Under the pieces are notes generated by a model. That model saw only the letters and a program-made list of their open reading frames with translations, ran no database searches and had not been told where the DNA came from. This document shows, piece after piece, positions 38,410 through 48,439 of a DNA stretch of 64,000 bases. The stretch lies in assembly GCA_965243025.1 (NCBI GenBank), contig CBDETY010000003.1, forward strand, positions 800,001 through 864,000, read 5' to 3'. The position numbers and the translations under genes were made by a program. Within the stretch, counting starts at the first letter, position 1. Every line of letters starts with the position of its first letter. Source of the DNA: Candidatus Latescibacterota bacterium. Its GTDB lineage: Bacteria > Latescibacterota > UBA2968 > UBA8231.

Positions 38410-40245
38410 ATGAACAACTATGCCCTGATTTTGTTGTTGGCCCTGGGCCTGGCCGCATGCAGGGGACCTCAGGGCCCTCCGGGCACTGATGGCCAGATCG
38501 GCCCGATGGGACCTTCAGGCGAACAGGGTTCCCAAGGGGAAAAAGGGGATAAAGGCGATGAAGGGCCTCAGGGAGAAACTGGGGAACAGGGACCTCAAGG
38601 ACCCCAGGGGGAAACAGGACAGCAAGGGCCTCAAGGGGAAACTGGGGAACAGGGACCTCAAGGATCCCGGGGGGAAACAGGACAGCAAGGGCCTCAAGGG
38701 GAAACTGGGGAACAGGGACCTCAAGGACCCCAAGGGGAAACAGGACAGCAAGGGCCTCAAGGGGAAACCGGGGAACAGGGACCTCAAGGACCCCAGGGGG
38801 AAACAGGCCAACAGGGACCCCAAGGTGACCCAGGACCTGAGGGACCCCAAGGCCCGGAAGGACCTCCAGGCCAACAGGGACCCCAAGGTGACCCAGGACC
38901 TGAGGGACCCCAGGGACCGGAAGGATCGCCAGGCGAGCAAGGACCTGAGGGCCCCCCGGGACCGGAAGGACCCCAAGGACCAGAGGGACCTGAAGGACCC
39001 GGCGGTGGCGAAGAAGGGCCCCCAGGACCTCAAGGACCTCCAGGAGAACAGGGACCTCCAGGAGAACAGGGACCGGAAGGACCGGAGGGACCTCAAGGAC
39101 CTCCAGGGGAGCAAGGACCTCCAGGGGAGCAGGGGCCGCAGGGACCGGAAGGACCCGAAGGGCCTGAAGGACCTCCAGGCGACCAAGGTCCGGAAGGACC
39201 GGAGGGACCTCAAGGACCTCCAGGATCTGGAGAATCCGGAGGCGGACAAGGGGGACAGGAACCTCCCGTCTTCGAGGCCACGGGTGATAGTGCCGCCCTG
39301 GTCGCTCTTTACTATGCCGCGGGCGGGGAATCCTGGACGGATAATTCCCAGTGGCTGAGCTCGGCTCCTATCGCAGAATGGTACGGCGTCACCACCAACC
39401 CCAGCGGCCGCCAGATCCTTCGGCTGGACCTGTCAGACAATGCGTTGTGGGGGCCAATTCCCCCCGAACTTGCTGACCTCGCCTACCTGGAATACCTGGA
39501 CCTCTCCGGTAACGGGTTGAGGGAGGACATTCCACCGGAACTGGCAAACCTCGAAAACCTGGAAGTTCTGAATCTTTCAAACAACGATTTCCATGGGGAA
39601 GTTCCACCGGAACTGGCAAACCTCGAGAGCCTGGAAACCCTCAACCTGTTCGGCAACGAATTGGAGGGGGAAATTCCACTGGAACTGGGGAACCTCCGCA
39701 ACCTGAGAACCCTTTCCCTGGGTTCTAACAAGTTGGAGGGGGAAATTCCACCGGAACTGGCAGACCTCGAAAACCTGGAAGTCCTTAACCTGGCAAATAA
39801 CCGGTTGGAGGGAATTCTGCCGGACTTTCTGGCGGACTTCTCCAACCTGGATAACCTGCTCCTAAGTGGAAACACCCAACTGAATGGGTGCTTACCGGAA
39901 GGGGCGCCGGTGCCGTTCTGCACACTGCCAGGCAACCTGAATGCAAGGCGCGAAAACGGCGATACAGTCCTCACCTGGGATCCTGTGGAAGGAGCCACCC
40001 ACTACAATCTTTACTGGAACCCTGAACCTTTCGGTACAGATTGCACAGTGACCTCCGGTGGTTCCACAGGGACATCGTTCAGGGGTTGTTCAGCATTAGC
40101 TACCGAAATTACTGAGACAACCTACATCCACGACCGCTCCGATTTGGAATACGAATACTGGGTTACTGCCTGTACCAGCGATGGGTGCGGGACCATCACA
40201 TGGGTGGAGGACGAAAGCGAGCAGGATCCTCCAGCTAAAATTTAG
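38410..40245 (+). CDS. Lipoprotein with long collagen triple-helix stalk, plant-RLK-type LRR domain and FN3-like C-terminus
   Basis: Lipobox LAAC; long GXY tract with 63-bp DNA tandem repeats (38572-38820); DSAALVALY...WYGV and LxGEIPPELxNLxNLExLNLxxN repeats. Confidence 0.9.
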   Translation: MNNYALILLLALGLAACRGPQGPPGTDGQIGPMGPSGEQGSQGEKGDKGDEGPQGETGEQGPQGPQGETGQQGPQGETGEQGPQGSRGETGQQGPQGETGEQGPQGPQGETGQQGPQGETGEQGPQGPQGETGQQGPQGDPGPEGPQGPEGPPGQQGPQGDPGPEGPQGPEGSPGEQGPEGPPGPEGPQGPEGPEGPGGGEEGPPGPQGPPGEQGPPGEQGPEGPEGPQGPPGEQGPPGEQGPQGPEGPEGPEGPPGDQGPEGPEGPQGPPGSGESGGGQGGQEPPVFEATGDSAALVALYYAAGGESWTDNSQWLSSAPIAEWYGVTTNPSGRQILRLDLSDNALWGPIPPELADLAYLEYLDLSGNGLREDIPPELANLENLEVLNLSNNDFHGEVPPELANLESLETLNLFGNELEGEIPLELGNLRNLRTLSLGSNKLEGEIPPELADLENLEVLNLANNRLEGILPDFLADFSNLDNLLLSGNTQLNGCLPEGAPVPFCTLPGNLNARRENGDTVLTWDPVEGATHYNLYWNPEPFGTDCTVTSGGSTGTSFRGCSALATEITETTYIHDRSDLEYEYWVTACTSDGCGTITWVEDESEQDPPAKI

Positions 40246-40411
40246 GATTACTTGGACCAGGAATACTCTTCTTTTTCAGTTGTCAGACCAAGCTTGGACC
40301 GAATGAGTACGACTCTTCCCTGTCGGACCGATTGCGACATGTAAAGAATAGTCCTTCACCCAAAAGGGGGCATCGGAAAACCAGCCCTCCTCATCTGAAA
40401 GGAAGAATGCA

Positions 40412-41380
40412 ATGAAATATTTTGCGTTTTCCTTGTTGCTTGCTTTTGCCTTCTCTGCATGCACCGGCCCTCGGGGGGAACAGGGCCCGATGGGACCTCA
40501 AGGGCCCCAAGGAGAAAAGGGGGAACAAGGCCCGCAAGGACCTGAGGGACCTCAAGGCGAAGGTGAACAAGGCCCGCAAGGACCTGGGGGACCTCAAGGA
40601 GAACAGGGACCCCAGGGAGAACAGGGACCTCAAGGAGAACGAGGTTCGATGTACAGGATGCTGTACTGGGCGGACTCCGACGCGGGCAAGATTCAGCGAG
40701 CCAATCTCGATGGTTCCGAAGTTCAAACCATCGTCTCCGGATTGGAGGATCCGGAGGGCATTGCTCTCGACGCGGTCGGCTGGAAGATATACTGGACTGA
40801 ATGGGGGAGCGTTAAGCGGGCAAACCTCGATGGCTCCCAGATCGAAAGCCTCGGCACCGTATGGGGAAGTGACATCGCTTTGGACGTGGCTGGAGGAACG
40901 TCTTACCTGGCGAACTGGAAAGAGACGATCTACCGCACGGGCCTGGGCGGTTCCCCAGTCGAAACCCTCGTCACCGAAGCGGGTGCGTCCGAGGCAATCG
41001 CCCTGGATCTGAGAAGGGGCAAGATGTACTGGGGTGGATGGCGCGGAGAGGAGATCAGCCGGTCCGACCTCGACGGTTCCCAGGTCGAAATCATCGTCAC
41101 CGGCGTGGATCGGGTACACGACCTGGAGGTCGACGAGAGTTGGGGCAAGCTGTACTGGGCATCGAATGCGGGGGTCCAGCGGGCAAACCTCGACGGGTCC
41201 CAGGTCGAAACCCTCTTCTCCGAAAACAGCATGGGCATTGCCCTCGACCTCGGCGGGGGCAAGATATACTGGACTGAATGGATCGAGGAGAGGATTCGGC
41301 GGGCAAATCTCGACGGGTCCCAGGTCCAGACCATCGTCACCGGGTTGGAGTGGCCGCGCGATATCGCCCTGGCCCCCTGA
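40412..41380 (+). CDS. Lipoprotein with short collagen stalk and YWTD/LDL-receptor beta-propeller
   Basis: Lipobox FSAC; GXY repeats; KIYWTE...RANLDGSQV repeats. Confidence 0.88.
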   Translation: MKYFAFSLLLAFAFSACTGPRGEQGPMGPQGPQGEKGEQGPQGPEGPQGEGEQGPQGPGGPQGEQGPQGEQGPQGERGSMYRMLYWADSDAGKIQRANLDGSEVQTIVSGLEDPEGIALDAVGWKIYWTEWGSVKRANLDGSQIESLGTVWGSDIALDVAGGTSYLANWKETIYRTGLGGSPVETLVTEAGASEAIALDLRRGKMYWGGWRGEEISRSDLDGSQVEIIVTGVDRVHDLEVDESWGKLYWASNAGVQRANLDGSQVETLFSENSMGIALDLGGGKIYWTEWIEERIRRANLDGSQVQTIVTGLEWPRDIALAP

Positions 41381-41469
41381 AACCCGGAACTAACGGGAAT
41401 ACCTCGGAAGTTGCGGTTTAACCCGGAATTTTCCCAAGCCTCGACGGCAATTCTGAACCGTAAGGAATC

Positions 41470-43044
41470 ATGAGAAAGCAACTCCTTTTCTCAGTCTTTA
41501 TTTCGGGAGCGGCCTGGAACTTTTTCCCAAGGTTTCTCGAGGCCCAAATAGACGTCGGTGTGGTTTCTGAAAGCATCGTCCGTGTTCGTGCGTACCAGAT
41601 AGACGGGGTTGAAGTCGAGGGAGCCGGGTTTGTCGTCAACGAAATGGGGCACGTCCTTACGAATGCCCATCTCATTGAGAAAGCGGATAGAGTAACGGTA
41701 TTGTCCCTGAAAACGGACGCCGAGGCAATTCCCGAGCAGGTGTTCGCCGACCGCGAAATCAACCTCGCCCTTTTGCAAACACAGAATTTGAACCTCCCCC
41801 CCCTCAGGCTGTCCGAAAGGGCAGCCGGTGCAGGCCGAATCGTCCAGACGCTGCGCTTCGGCGTCATGGGGGATGTCTCGCTTTCCCAGGGAACCATAAG
41901 CACCTGGGAAACCATTTTCGAAAAGAAGGCAGGACGGGTCGTTGGGCGCCTGCTGCAACACAATGCCTTGATATCCGCAAAAGCCTTCGGCATGCCGTTG
42001 TTCAACGAATGCGGAGACGTGGTGGCAATCAACATGCCGAATCCCCGCGGCGGACCGTGGCCGTTTCGAACAGCGAAACCGAAAGGGGCCGTTTTTGCCT
42101 TGAGCAGCAACGACTTGGTAGCTGCTCTCGACGGCCGGAAAATCCCGCATCAGGCGGTAAATACTGAATGCCTGGGTGCACTCGAGCGGGCCGAACGCGA
42201 CAAACTGGCCACCGAGGACAGCCTGAAACTGGCAAGGGCGGAAGCCGACTCGGCGATAAAGGCCGCATCAGAAGCCGGGGAGAAGGAGAAGGCGGCCCGG
42301 CAAGAGGCTGAAAGGGTTAAAGCCCGGGCGGAGGCTGCGAGAAAGGCGGCTGCCCGGAGCATTCAGGCTGCCAGAGCCCAGGCGGAGAGTCTGAAGACAG
42401 CGACAGTGCGGGCGGTCACGGCGGTAAAAGCTGCGCCCGATGGCCCGCAGGCTTCCAAGGTTCAAACGGATAGCCTGGAGACAGGGAAAGCGTTCCCCGA
42501 TTCGACGACTGACGAGACCGCCGACAGCAGCGAACAACCTGCCCGGGAGATCCCGCTGAGCTTGAAGTGGGGGATTCCAATCGGGGGAGCCGTTGTGTTG
42601 CTCATCCTGCTCGGCTGGTTGCTTGCCGCCCACCGGAGAAAGGAACAGCTGCGCAGCGCCGAGTCCCGTTTGAGCGCAGCGCACCAGGCTGCGGCGGCCG
42701 CACCGAAGCCGGCGCCTTTCAGATGCCTGCTGGAAGGCCGGGACAGCTCCGGCCGGGAATTCGCATTGACCATATCGGCCCTGGCGCTGGGTGATCCGGC
42801 CGGTGTAACGCTTGGGAGGAGTCCGGCGAATGCCGATTTCGTCGTCGATCACGATGAAGTCTCCCGCGAACACGTCCGCCTCAGGTGCACTGGCCCCACC
42901 CTCTACGCGGAGGATTTGAACGCCCTGAACGGGACCAGGGTAAATGGCCGTTTGCTGAATCAGGAGGAAAGGGTGCCCCTGCAAAACGGGGATCGGCTCG
43001 AGACAGGCCCGATTGTTTTCTCCGTGCTCCTGGTCCAGGAGTGA
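41470..43044 (+). CDS. Membrane protein: trypsin-like (probably inactive) domain, Ala-rich helical stalk, TM helix, C-terminal FHA
   Basis: GAGFVV...VLTNAHLI; INLALL and SAKAFGMPLFN replace DLALL and GNSGGPL; TM GAVVLLILLGWLLAA; FHA LGRS...VSREH...NGTRVNG. Confidence 0.8.
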   Translation: MRKQLLFSVFISGAAWNFFPRFLEAQIDVGVVSESIVRVRAYQIDGVEVEGAGFVVNEMGHVLTNAHLIEKADRVTVLSLKTDAEAIPEQVFADREINLALLQTQNLNLPPLRLSERAAGAGRIVQTLRFGVMGDVSLSQGTISTWETIFEKKAGRVVGRLLQHNALISAKAFGMPLFNECGDVVAINMPNPRGGPWPFRTAKPKGAVFALSSNDLVAALDGRKIPHQAVNTECLGALERAERDKLATEDSLKLARAEADSAIKAASEAGEKEKAARQEAERVKARAEAARKAAARSIQAARAQAESLKTATVRAVTAVKAAPDGPQASKVQTDSLETGKAFPDSTTDETADSSEQPAREIPLSLKWGIPIGGAVVLLILLGWLLAAHRRKEQLRSAESRLSAAHQAAAAAPKPAPFRCLLEGRDSSGREFALTISALALGDPAGVTLGRSPANADFVVDHDEVSREHVRLRCTGPTLYAEDLNALNGTRVNGRLLNQEERVPLQNGDRLETGPIVFSVLLVQE

Positions 43045-43050
43045 GTTGAA

Positions 43051-44001
43051 ATGAAAAGACGCAGACCCGAACTGACGATTTTCAGTATGTCCGCGCTCGA
43101 TCTGCTCGCATCGGCCCTCGGTGCTTTCATCCTGATAACCGTAGTGCTTATCCCCCTGTTCCCGAACCTGGAAATCCTGGGTCAGGTGAGGGGCGAGTTG
43201 GCCCAGAAAAAAACCGAGTTGGAACAGACCAGGGAAGATCTCGACCTGGCAATGGCCGAATTGGACCGGAAGAAATCCGAATTCCAGTTGGACAAGGAGA
43301 AATCGGAGCGGGAAAGGACTCAACTGGAGCAGAAGAACGTCGAGCTGAAACGGGAAAAGGCCGGACTCGAGCAGAAAAAGGCATTGGCCCGGCAGACCAG
43401 AACCGAACTTGTAGAACAGATCCAGGCGTTACAACAAAAGATTGACGACACCAGTGTCCTGCTCGGCATAAGGACAATCGCCAGGAAATTCGTTTTCGTC
43501 ATCGATATGTCGGGCAGCATTTACCACCCCGGGGAGCACGACTACCGCCAGTTCATAAGGCTGTCCATACAAGACATGCTCGCTTCCTTCAAATCCGAAA
43601 TAGAAGTCTGCCTGATCGGTTTTCAGACTCCTGAACGGGGAACAACCTTGCATTTCTGGCCCGAGAACAAGGAATACTTCCAGGTCGGGAAGGATGCACA
43701 TGATCAACTGATTGAAAAGGTAAACGACTGGATGGGAATGGTAGACGGCGTCACCCCTACCCGGGCGGCGTTGCTGGAGGCCATTGCCCTGCAACCTGAG
43801 GAAATCATCCTTCTGAGCGACGGGGCTCCCTCGGAGGACTGGCGCACGGTGGTGCGAGCCGTAACCGCCGAAAACAGGCAGAGAATACCCATACACGCAG
43901 TAGCCGTGGGAAATTACACCGCGGACCGGAAGTTCATTGATTTCCTCGTGAATCTGACAAAGCAGAACAACGGGTACGTGGTGGGAGCAAAACCGGGCTG
44001 A
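43051..44001 (+). CDS. vWA-domain membrane protein with N-terminal Asp-containing TM helix and coiled coil
   Basis: MKRRR...FSMSALDLLASALGAFILITVV; E/K/Q-rich coil; MIDAS residues FVIDMSGS, TPT and LSDG. Confidence 0.82.
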   Translation: MKRRRPELTIFSMSALDLLASALGAFILITVVLIPLFPNLEILGQVRGELAQKKTELEQTREDLDLAMAELDRKKSEFQLDKEKSERERTQLEQKNVELKREKAGLEQKKALARQTRTELVEQIQALQQKIDDTSVLLGIRTIARKFVFVIDMSGSIYHPGEHDYRQFIRLSIQDMLASFKSEIEVCLIGFQTPERGTTLHFWPENKEYFQVGKDAHDQLIEKVNDWMGMVDGVTPTRAALLEAIALQPEEIILLSDGAPSEDWRTVVRAVTAENRQRIPIHAVAVGNYTADRKFIDFLVNLTKQNNGYVVGAKPG

Positions 44002-44027
44002 CATGTACGGCTGAGAGGAGAAGGAGA

Positions 44028-44828
44028 ATGGCGGAATCCAACATGGTAAAACCCAGAAGCATCAACAGGGACCAACGACTGATCGCCAGCGTCGTCAGTC
44101 TGGCCGGGGGCATTTTTTACATAGCTGTCCTGAGCTTTGTTTTCGATCATCCCGATTCCATCGCGGGCGACTTCCTGCTGGATCGCAACTCCAGAAACTT
44201 CACCTACCCGTTCACCATCCAGAACCTCATGTGGCTGTTGTTCTGGTTCGGGTGCGGCGAACTGTTTGTGCGGTTCAACCAGGCCAAGCTCGAAATGGAG
44301 CAGATTTCCAAAGGTTATCTGCCGGAAGGTGACGAGGTAATGCTTCAGGCCCACGAATTGGGGCCCTTGCACCAGAAATCCATGCCCGTCGCCAGGGAAC
44401 GGACCTTTTTCCTGCCGCGTCTGATCGTGCGCTGCATCCTGCAATTCCAGGGAAGCCGCTCCGTCAACCAGGCCAACTCCCTGCTCAATTCCTCCCTCGA
44501 GTTGTTCCAGCACGAGCTCGACCTCAAATACTCGATGCTGCGCTACCTCGTCTGGCTCATTCCGACGATGGGTTTTGTGGGCACTGTTCTCGGCATCGCC
44601 TTGTCCCTGGACTACGCGGCGAAAATCGTGGACCCCCATGACCCGGACTTGCTGCGCCAGATCACCGGGCGGCTCGGGGTCGCCTTCTACACCACCCTGC
44701 TTGCCCTGGTCCAGTCCATTCTTCTGGTGTTTGCGCTCCACATTGCCCAAAACCGGGAGGAAATGGCCCTGAACCTGTCCGGGCAGTACTGCCTGGACAA
44801 CCTGATCAACCGCCTCTACGAAAAGTAA
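44028..44828 (+). CDS. MotA/TolQ/ExbB proton channel family protein
   Basis: IPTMGFVGTVLGI and GVAFYTTLLAL helices with the conserved P/G/T pattern. Confidence 0.88.
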   Translation: MAESNMVKPRSINRDQRLIASVVSLAGGIFYIAVLSFVFDHPDSIAGDFLLDRNSRNFTYPFTIQNLMWLLFWFGCGELFVRFNQAKLEMEQISKGYLPEGDEVMLQAHELGPLHQKSMPVARERTFFLPRLIVRCILQFQGSRSVNQANSLLNSSLELFQHELDLKYSMLRYLVWLIPTMGFVGTVLGIALSLDYAAKIVDPHDPDLLRQITGRLGVAFYTTLLALVQSILLVFALHIAQNREEMALNLSGQYCLDNLINRLYEK

Positions 44829-44881
44829 ATCTCCTTCGAGAAACTCCGCGTCTCAGGGAACCCCAAGGAAGGAAGGGAACC

Positions 44882-45535
44882 ATGCCGGTTTTTCGCCGCC
44901 CCGATGGAAACATAACCGAGAAAAAAACCGGGAAATCAGAGAAGGATTCCCCGCCGCCCGACCAGGCCAACAGGCCGCTGCCGCCGGCATCTCAGGAAGG
45001 GGGTCAAGCCGCTCCCCCCGGTCGTTTCGATGCTGCCACCAAGCGGATGGAGACAGACCCTTCACCACCCCGCCCTGGAGATGACGAGAAAACACGGCTG
45101 GTCGGTGGACGGGCGCCGCGGTCAGACAAAGGGGTCGTCCAGGAAAGCGCCGCGGAAAGCCGCGGGATGGACGATCCGGTCGTTGGATGGCTGGTGATCG
45201 TCGAGGGGCCGGGAAAGGGCCGGGCGGTGCAACTGGGGTATGGATCCAATTCCCTCGGGCGCGGCGCAACCGACCGCGTCAAGCTCGATTTCGGCGACGA
45301 CCAGATTTCCCGGAATGGCCATGCGGTGGTCACCTACGACCCCCGCGGCCGGAAGTTCTACGTGCAGCACGGGGGCGGCACCAACCTGACGTATCTCGGC
45401 GATCAGCCGGTCTTGACTCCGGCAGAGTTGCCGCCAATGGGCCGGATCGGAATCGGGAATACCGTTCTCCGGTTCGTGCCCTTCTGCGGTACGGAGTTCG
45501 ACTGGCAGGACTCGGAAGAAAGCGAAGACGCTTGA
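44882..45535 (+). CDS. FHA-domain protein with disordered Thr-containing N-terminus
   Basis: VVGWLVIVEGPGKG, LGRG, ISRNGHA and TNLTY; N-terminal ATKRM and KTRLV possible phospho-sites. Confidence 0.85.
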   Translation: MPVFRRPDGNITEKKTGKSEKDSPPPDQANRPLPPASQEGGQAAPPGRFDAATKRMETDPSPPRPGDDEKTRLVGGRAPRSDKGVVQESAAESRGMDDPVVGWLVIVEGPGKGRAVQLGYGSNSLGRGATDRVKLDFGDDQISRNGHAVVTYDPRGRKFYVQHGGGTNLTYLGDQPVLTPAELPPMGRIGIGNTVLRFVPFCGTEFDWQDSEESEDA

Positions 45536-46410
45536 GCGAAAGCGGTCGCTGTGCCGCGGGGCAAATCCGCGGCAAACGGAGCTGCCAGGAAGACGACTAC
45601 GGCTTCGTCGATGCACGCGCCCTCGGAACAGACCGTAACGAACACTCCCTGTTACTGGTGGCCGACGGCATGGGCGGCCACGCCGGCGGCGCCACTGCCA
45701 GCGGTCTTCTGAGAAAGACCTTTGTCGAGGCCTACCCGCGGGCTTCCGGGCCGATCGTCCATCGCCTTCAAGGTTGTCTCCAATCGGCCAATGCAGCCAT
45801 GGCGGACGCCGTTGACCAGAATCCCGAGCTGGCCGGCATGGGTTCCACCCTGGTCGCGGCCGTCGTCTCCGCCGGGGGCCTGAACTGGATCAGCGTCGGG
45901 GATTCCCCGTTGTGGTTGTTCCGCAAGGGCGCGCTGGAGCGGTTGAACGCAGACCACTCCATGGCACCGGTCCTCGCCGACCTCGTTTCCACCGGGCGGA
46001 TGACCGAAGAGGACGCCGCCCGGGATCCCGCCCGGCATTCGCTCAGGTCCGCGGTCACGGGCGAGGACATACATCTGGTTGACATATCGCCGCAACCGGT
46101 TCCCGTGGAGAATGGCGACCGGCTGCTGTTGGCCAGCGACGGGCTGATGACTCTCGGAGATCGGGAGATCGCCGGTATCCTCGAGGAAACGCAGGACGCG
46201 TCATTGGAGGACAGCACCGCAGCCCTTATCCAGGCAGTGGAAGCCGCGGGAAATCCCCGGCAGGACAATACCACTCTTCTGTTGTACGCCCCCGCCGGAG
46301 GCACCCAACCCCCCGGGGCCGATGTGGCCGGGTCGGAAGCCGACCGGGGCATTCCCCGCCTGAAACGCTGGGCGAGACTGTTTGGCAGATCCGCAGGACG
46401 GAAACAGTAG
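45532..46410 (+). CDS. PP2C-family Ser/Thr protein phosphatase
   Basis: TTG start overlapping the upstream TGA; RSCQEDD, VADGMGGH, MGSTL, VGDS, DHS, LASDGL and QDNTT motifs. Confidence 0.92.
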   Translation: MSESGRCAAGQIRGKRSCQEDDYGFVDARALGTDRNEHSLLLVADGMGGHAGGATASGLLRKTFVEAYPRASGPIVHRLQGCLQSANAAMADAVDQNPELAGMGSTLVAAVVSAGGLNWISVGDSPLWLFRKGALERLNADHSMAPVLADLVSTGRMTEEDAARDPARHSLRSAVTGEDIHLVDISPQPVPVENGDRLLLASDGLMTLGDREIAGILEETQDASLEDSTAALIQAVEAAGNPRQDNTTLLLYAPAGGTQPPGADVAGSEADRGIPRLKRWARLFGRSAGRKQ

Positions 46411-46483
46411 GGGGTCAGCCGGGAGGCCGGGGAAGCAGAAAAGGTGCCTTGGCGGCCCTGCGATACACGCACGGTCCGGTCTG

Positions 46484-48376
46484 ATGGGTGAGGAACAACA
46501 GCATCGCCTGGCGCTGCCGAAGGGGACTCGCATTCGCGACTTCGAGTTTCACCGGGTCCTCGGCCACGGCGGATTCGGGATCACCTACCTGGGATGGAAC
46601 ATCACCCTGGATATTCCCGTTGCGATCAAGGAGTACTTCCCTTCTGATCTCGCTACCCGCGAGAGGAACCTTTCCGTCGTGCCCCAAACGACTCAGGCCG
46701 CCCCTGATTTCAAATGGGGCCTCGAGCGCTTCCTGGACGAAGCCCGCACTCTCGCCCGCTTCCAACACCCCGGCATCGTCCGCATCCATCACTTCTTTGA
46801 GGCCCACCGCACCGCCTATATCACGATGGAATACGTGGAGGGGGAAAGTCTGTCCGCATATCTGAAGCGCAAGGGAACGCTGAGCGAAAACGAGCTGAAA
46901 GGGATTCTGAACCCGTTGCTGGGCGCTTTGGAAGTGGTGCATCGAGCAGACTTTCTGCACCGGGACATCAAACCCGCCAACATCGTCCTCAGGGAAAAGG
47001 ATGGCTCGCCGGTTTTGCTGGACTTCGGGGCCGCGAGGCAGGCAATGGGCGCCAGGAGCCGCTCGGTCACGTCGATAGTTACCCCGGGGTATGCGCCGAT
47101 AGAACAGTATTCGACCCGGGCTGCCCAGGGAGAGTGGACGGATATCTACGCCCTGGGGGGGGTCTGTTATCGGGCGTTGACCGGAGAGAGCCCCTTCGAT
47201 GCAACCGACCGGATGCGGAACGACCCGCTTGTTCCGGTGGCTCAGCGCTGCGCTGGCAAAGCAAGTCAAGGATTTCTCGCGGCGATAGATGCCGCCCTGG
47301 GGGTGGATGCTCACGATCGTCCCCAGAGCATTGCGGAGTGGCGAGAGGTGCTGCGCGGTGCGGGACAGGAGGCGGCGCCATCGAAGCACGGGAAGCGCTT
47401 CCCATACAAGCGTCTTGCGGCCGTCCTGGGGCTGGTTGCTCTCCTGATCGGTGGCCAGAGGTATGTGGAGCACGTCGAACAGGTGGCTGCGGCCCGGGAA
47501 AGACAGGAACAGGCGGCGCTGGAAAAACAGCGCCAGGAAGTGGCCGTGCTGGAGAAGCGGCAACGCGTAGAAGCGGACCTGGAGAAACAGCGTAAGGAAC
47601 GGTCGAAACTGGAGCAGCGGCGTCTGGACCAAGCGGAGCTACGGAAACGAGCCCGGCAAAAAACCGCGTTGGAGAAGCAGCAGCGCGAAGAAGCGGCAGT
47701 GGAGAAAGAGCGTCGGGAACAAGCCGAGCTACAGCAACGGGCCCGGGAACAGGCAGGGTTGGAAAAGCAGCAGCGGGAACAGGCGGCGCCGGACGTACAG
47801 CGCAAGGAAGAAGCGGCGTTGGAGAGACAGCGCCAGGAGCAAGTATTCGTCCAGGAGGTGGGACGCCCTCCGAGTCCGGGAGGAATAAGCAAGGGCGATA
47901 CCGATCTGCATATCGCCGCGCGGCTGAACCTGCCTCTGCTGGCTGTATCCCTCTTCGAGCAGGGTGCCGATGTCCACGCCAGGAACGAGGACGGCTGGAC
48001 ACCGCTGCACGTTGCCGCGAAGGAGGCCGCTTCCGGGGCCGCGGAAGTCCTGATCGAGCAGGGCCCCGATGTCAACGCGAGGGAAACACTGTTTGGCTGG
48101 ACGCCGCTGCACCTGGCCGCGGCGGAAGATGCTATTGCGACTGCCGAGGTCTTGCTCAAACAGAATGCCGATCTCCACGCCAAGGACAAATTCGGCTGGA
48201 CGCCGCTGCATTCAGCGGCGGCCAACAATGCCCATGAGACCGCCGAGGTCTTGTTGAAGGCCGGGGCTGACGTGAACGCAGAGGACAACCATGGCTGGGC
48301 ACCGCTCTACTGGGCCTCACGCAAAGAGGCGGTCCAGGCGGTGGACGTCCTGCGTCGTTACGGTGGTAGAAAGTGA
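46484..48376 (+). CDS. Hanks-type Ser/Thr protein kinase with TM helix, 10-aa-repeat helical stalk and C-terminal ankyrin repeats
   Basis: LGHGGFGITY, VAIKE, HRDIKPAN, DFG, YAPIEQ and DIYALG; TM LAAVLGLVALLIGG; about 5 GWTPLH-type ankyrin repeats. Confidence 0.93.
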   Translation: MGEEQQHRLALPKGTRIRDFEFHRVLGHGGFGITYLGWNITLDIPVAIKEYFPSDLATRERNLSVVPQTTQAAPDFKWGLERFLDEARTLARFQHPGIVRIHHFFEAHRTAYITMEYVEGESLSAYLKRKGTLSENELKGILNPLLGALEVVHRADFLHRDIKPANIVLREKDGSPVLLDFGAARQAMGARSRSVTSIVTPGYAPIEQYSTRAAQGEWTDIYALGGVCYRALTGESPFDATDRMRNDPLVPVAQRCAGKASQGFLAAIDAALGVDAHDRPQSIAEWREVLRGAGQEAAPSKHGKRFPYKRLAAVLGLVALLIGGQRYVEHVEQVAAARERQEQAALEKQRQEVAVLEKRQRVEADLEKQRKERSKLEQRRLDQAELRKRARQKTALEKQQREEAAVEKERREQAELQQRAREQAGLEKQQREQAAPDVQRKEEAALERQRQEQVFVQEVGRPPSPGGISKGDTDLHIAARLNLPLLAVSLFEQGADVHARNEDGWTPLHVAAKEAASGAAEVLIEQGPDVNARETLFGWTPLHLAAAEDAIATAEVLLKQNADLHAKDKFGWTPLHSAAANNAHETAEVLLKAGADVNAEDNHGWAPLYWASRKEAVQAVDVLRRYGGRK

Positions 48377-48439
48377 AGACTGCCCCGGAATCACGTTCCA
48401 CACTATGTGACTTCTTCCGAATTTCCGGAGCCTGACCCC

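Noticed and set aside
43051-44828. Zorya ZorAB
   Set aside because: The MotA-like protein lacks the long ZorA tail, the partner has vWA rather than an OmpA-like domain, and no ZorC/D/E genes are present.
41470-48376. T6SS PpkA/PppA/Fha module or TerY-P triad
   Set aside because: No T6SS structural genes are in the window; the vWA protein is membrane-anchored and paired with MotA, unlike soluble TerY. A distant relationship is not excluded.
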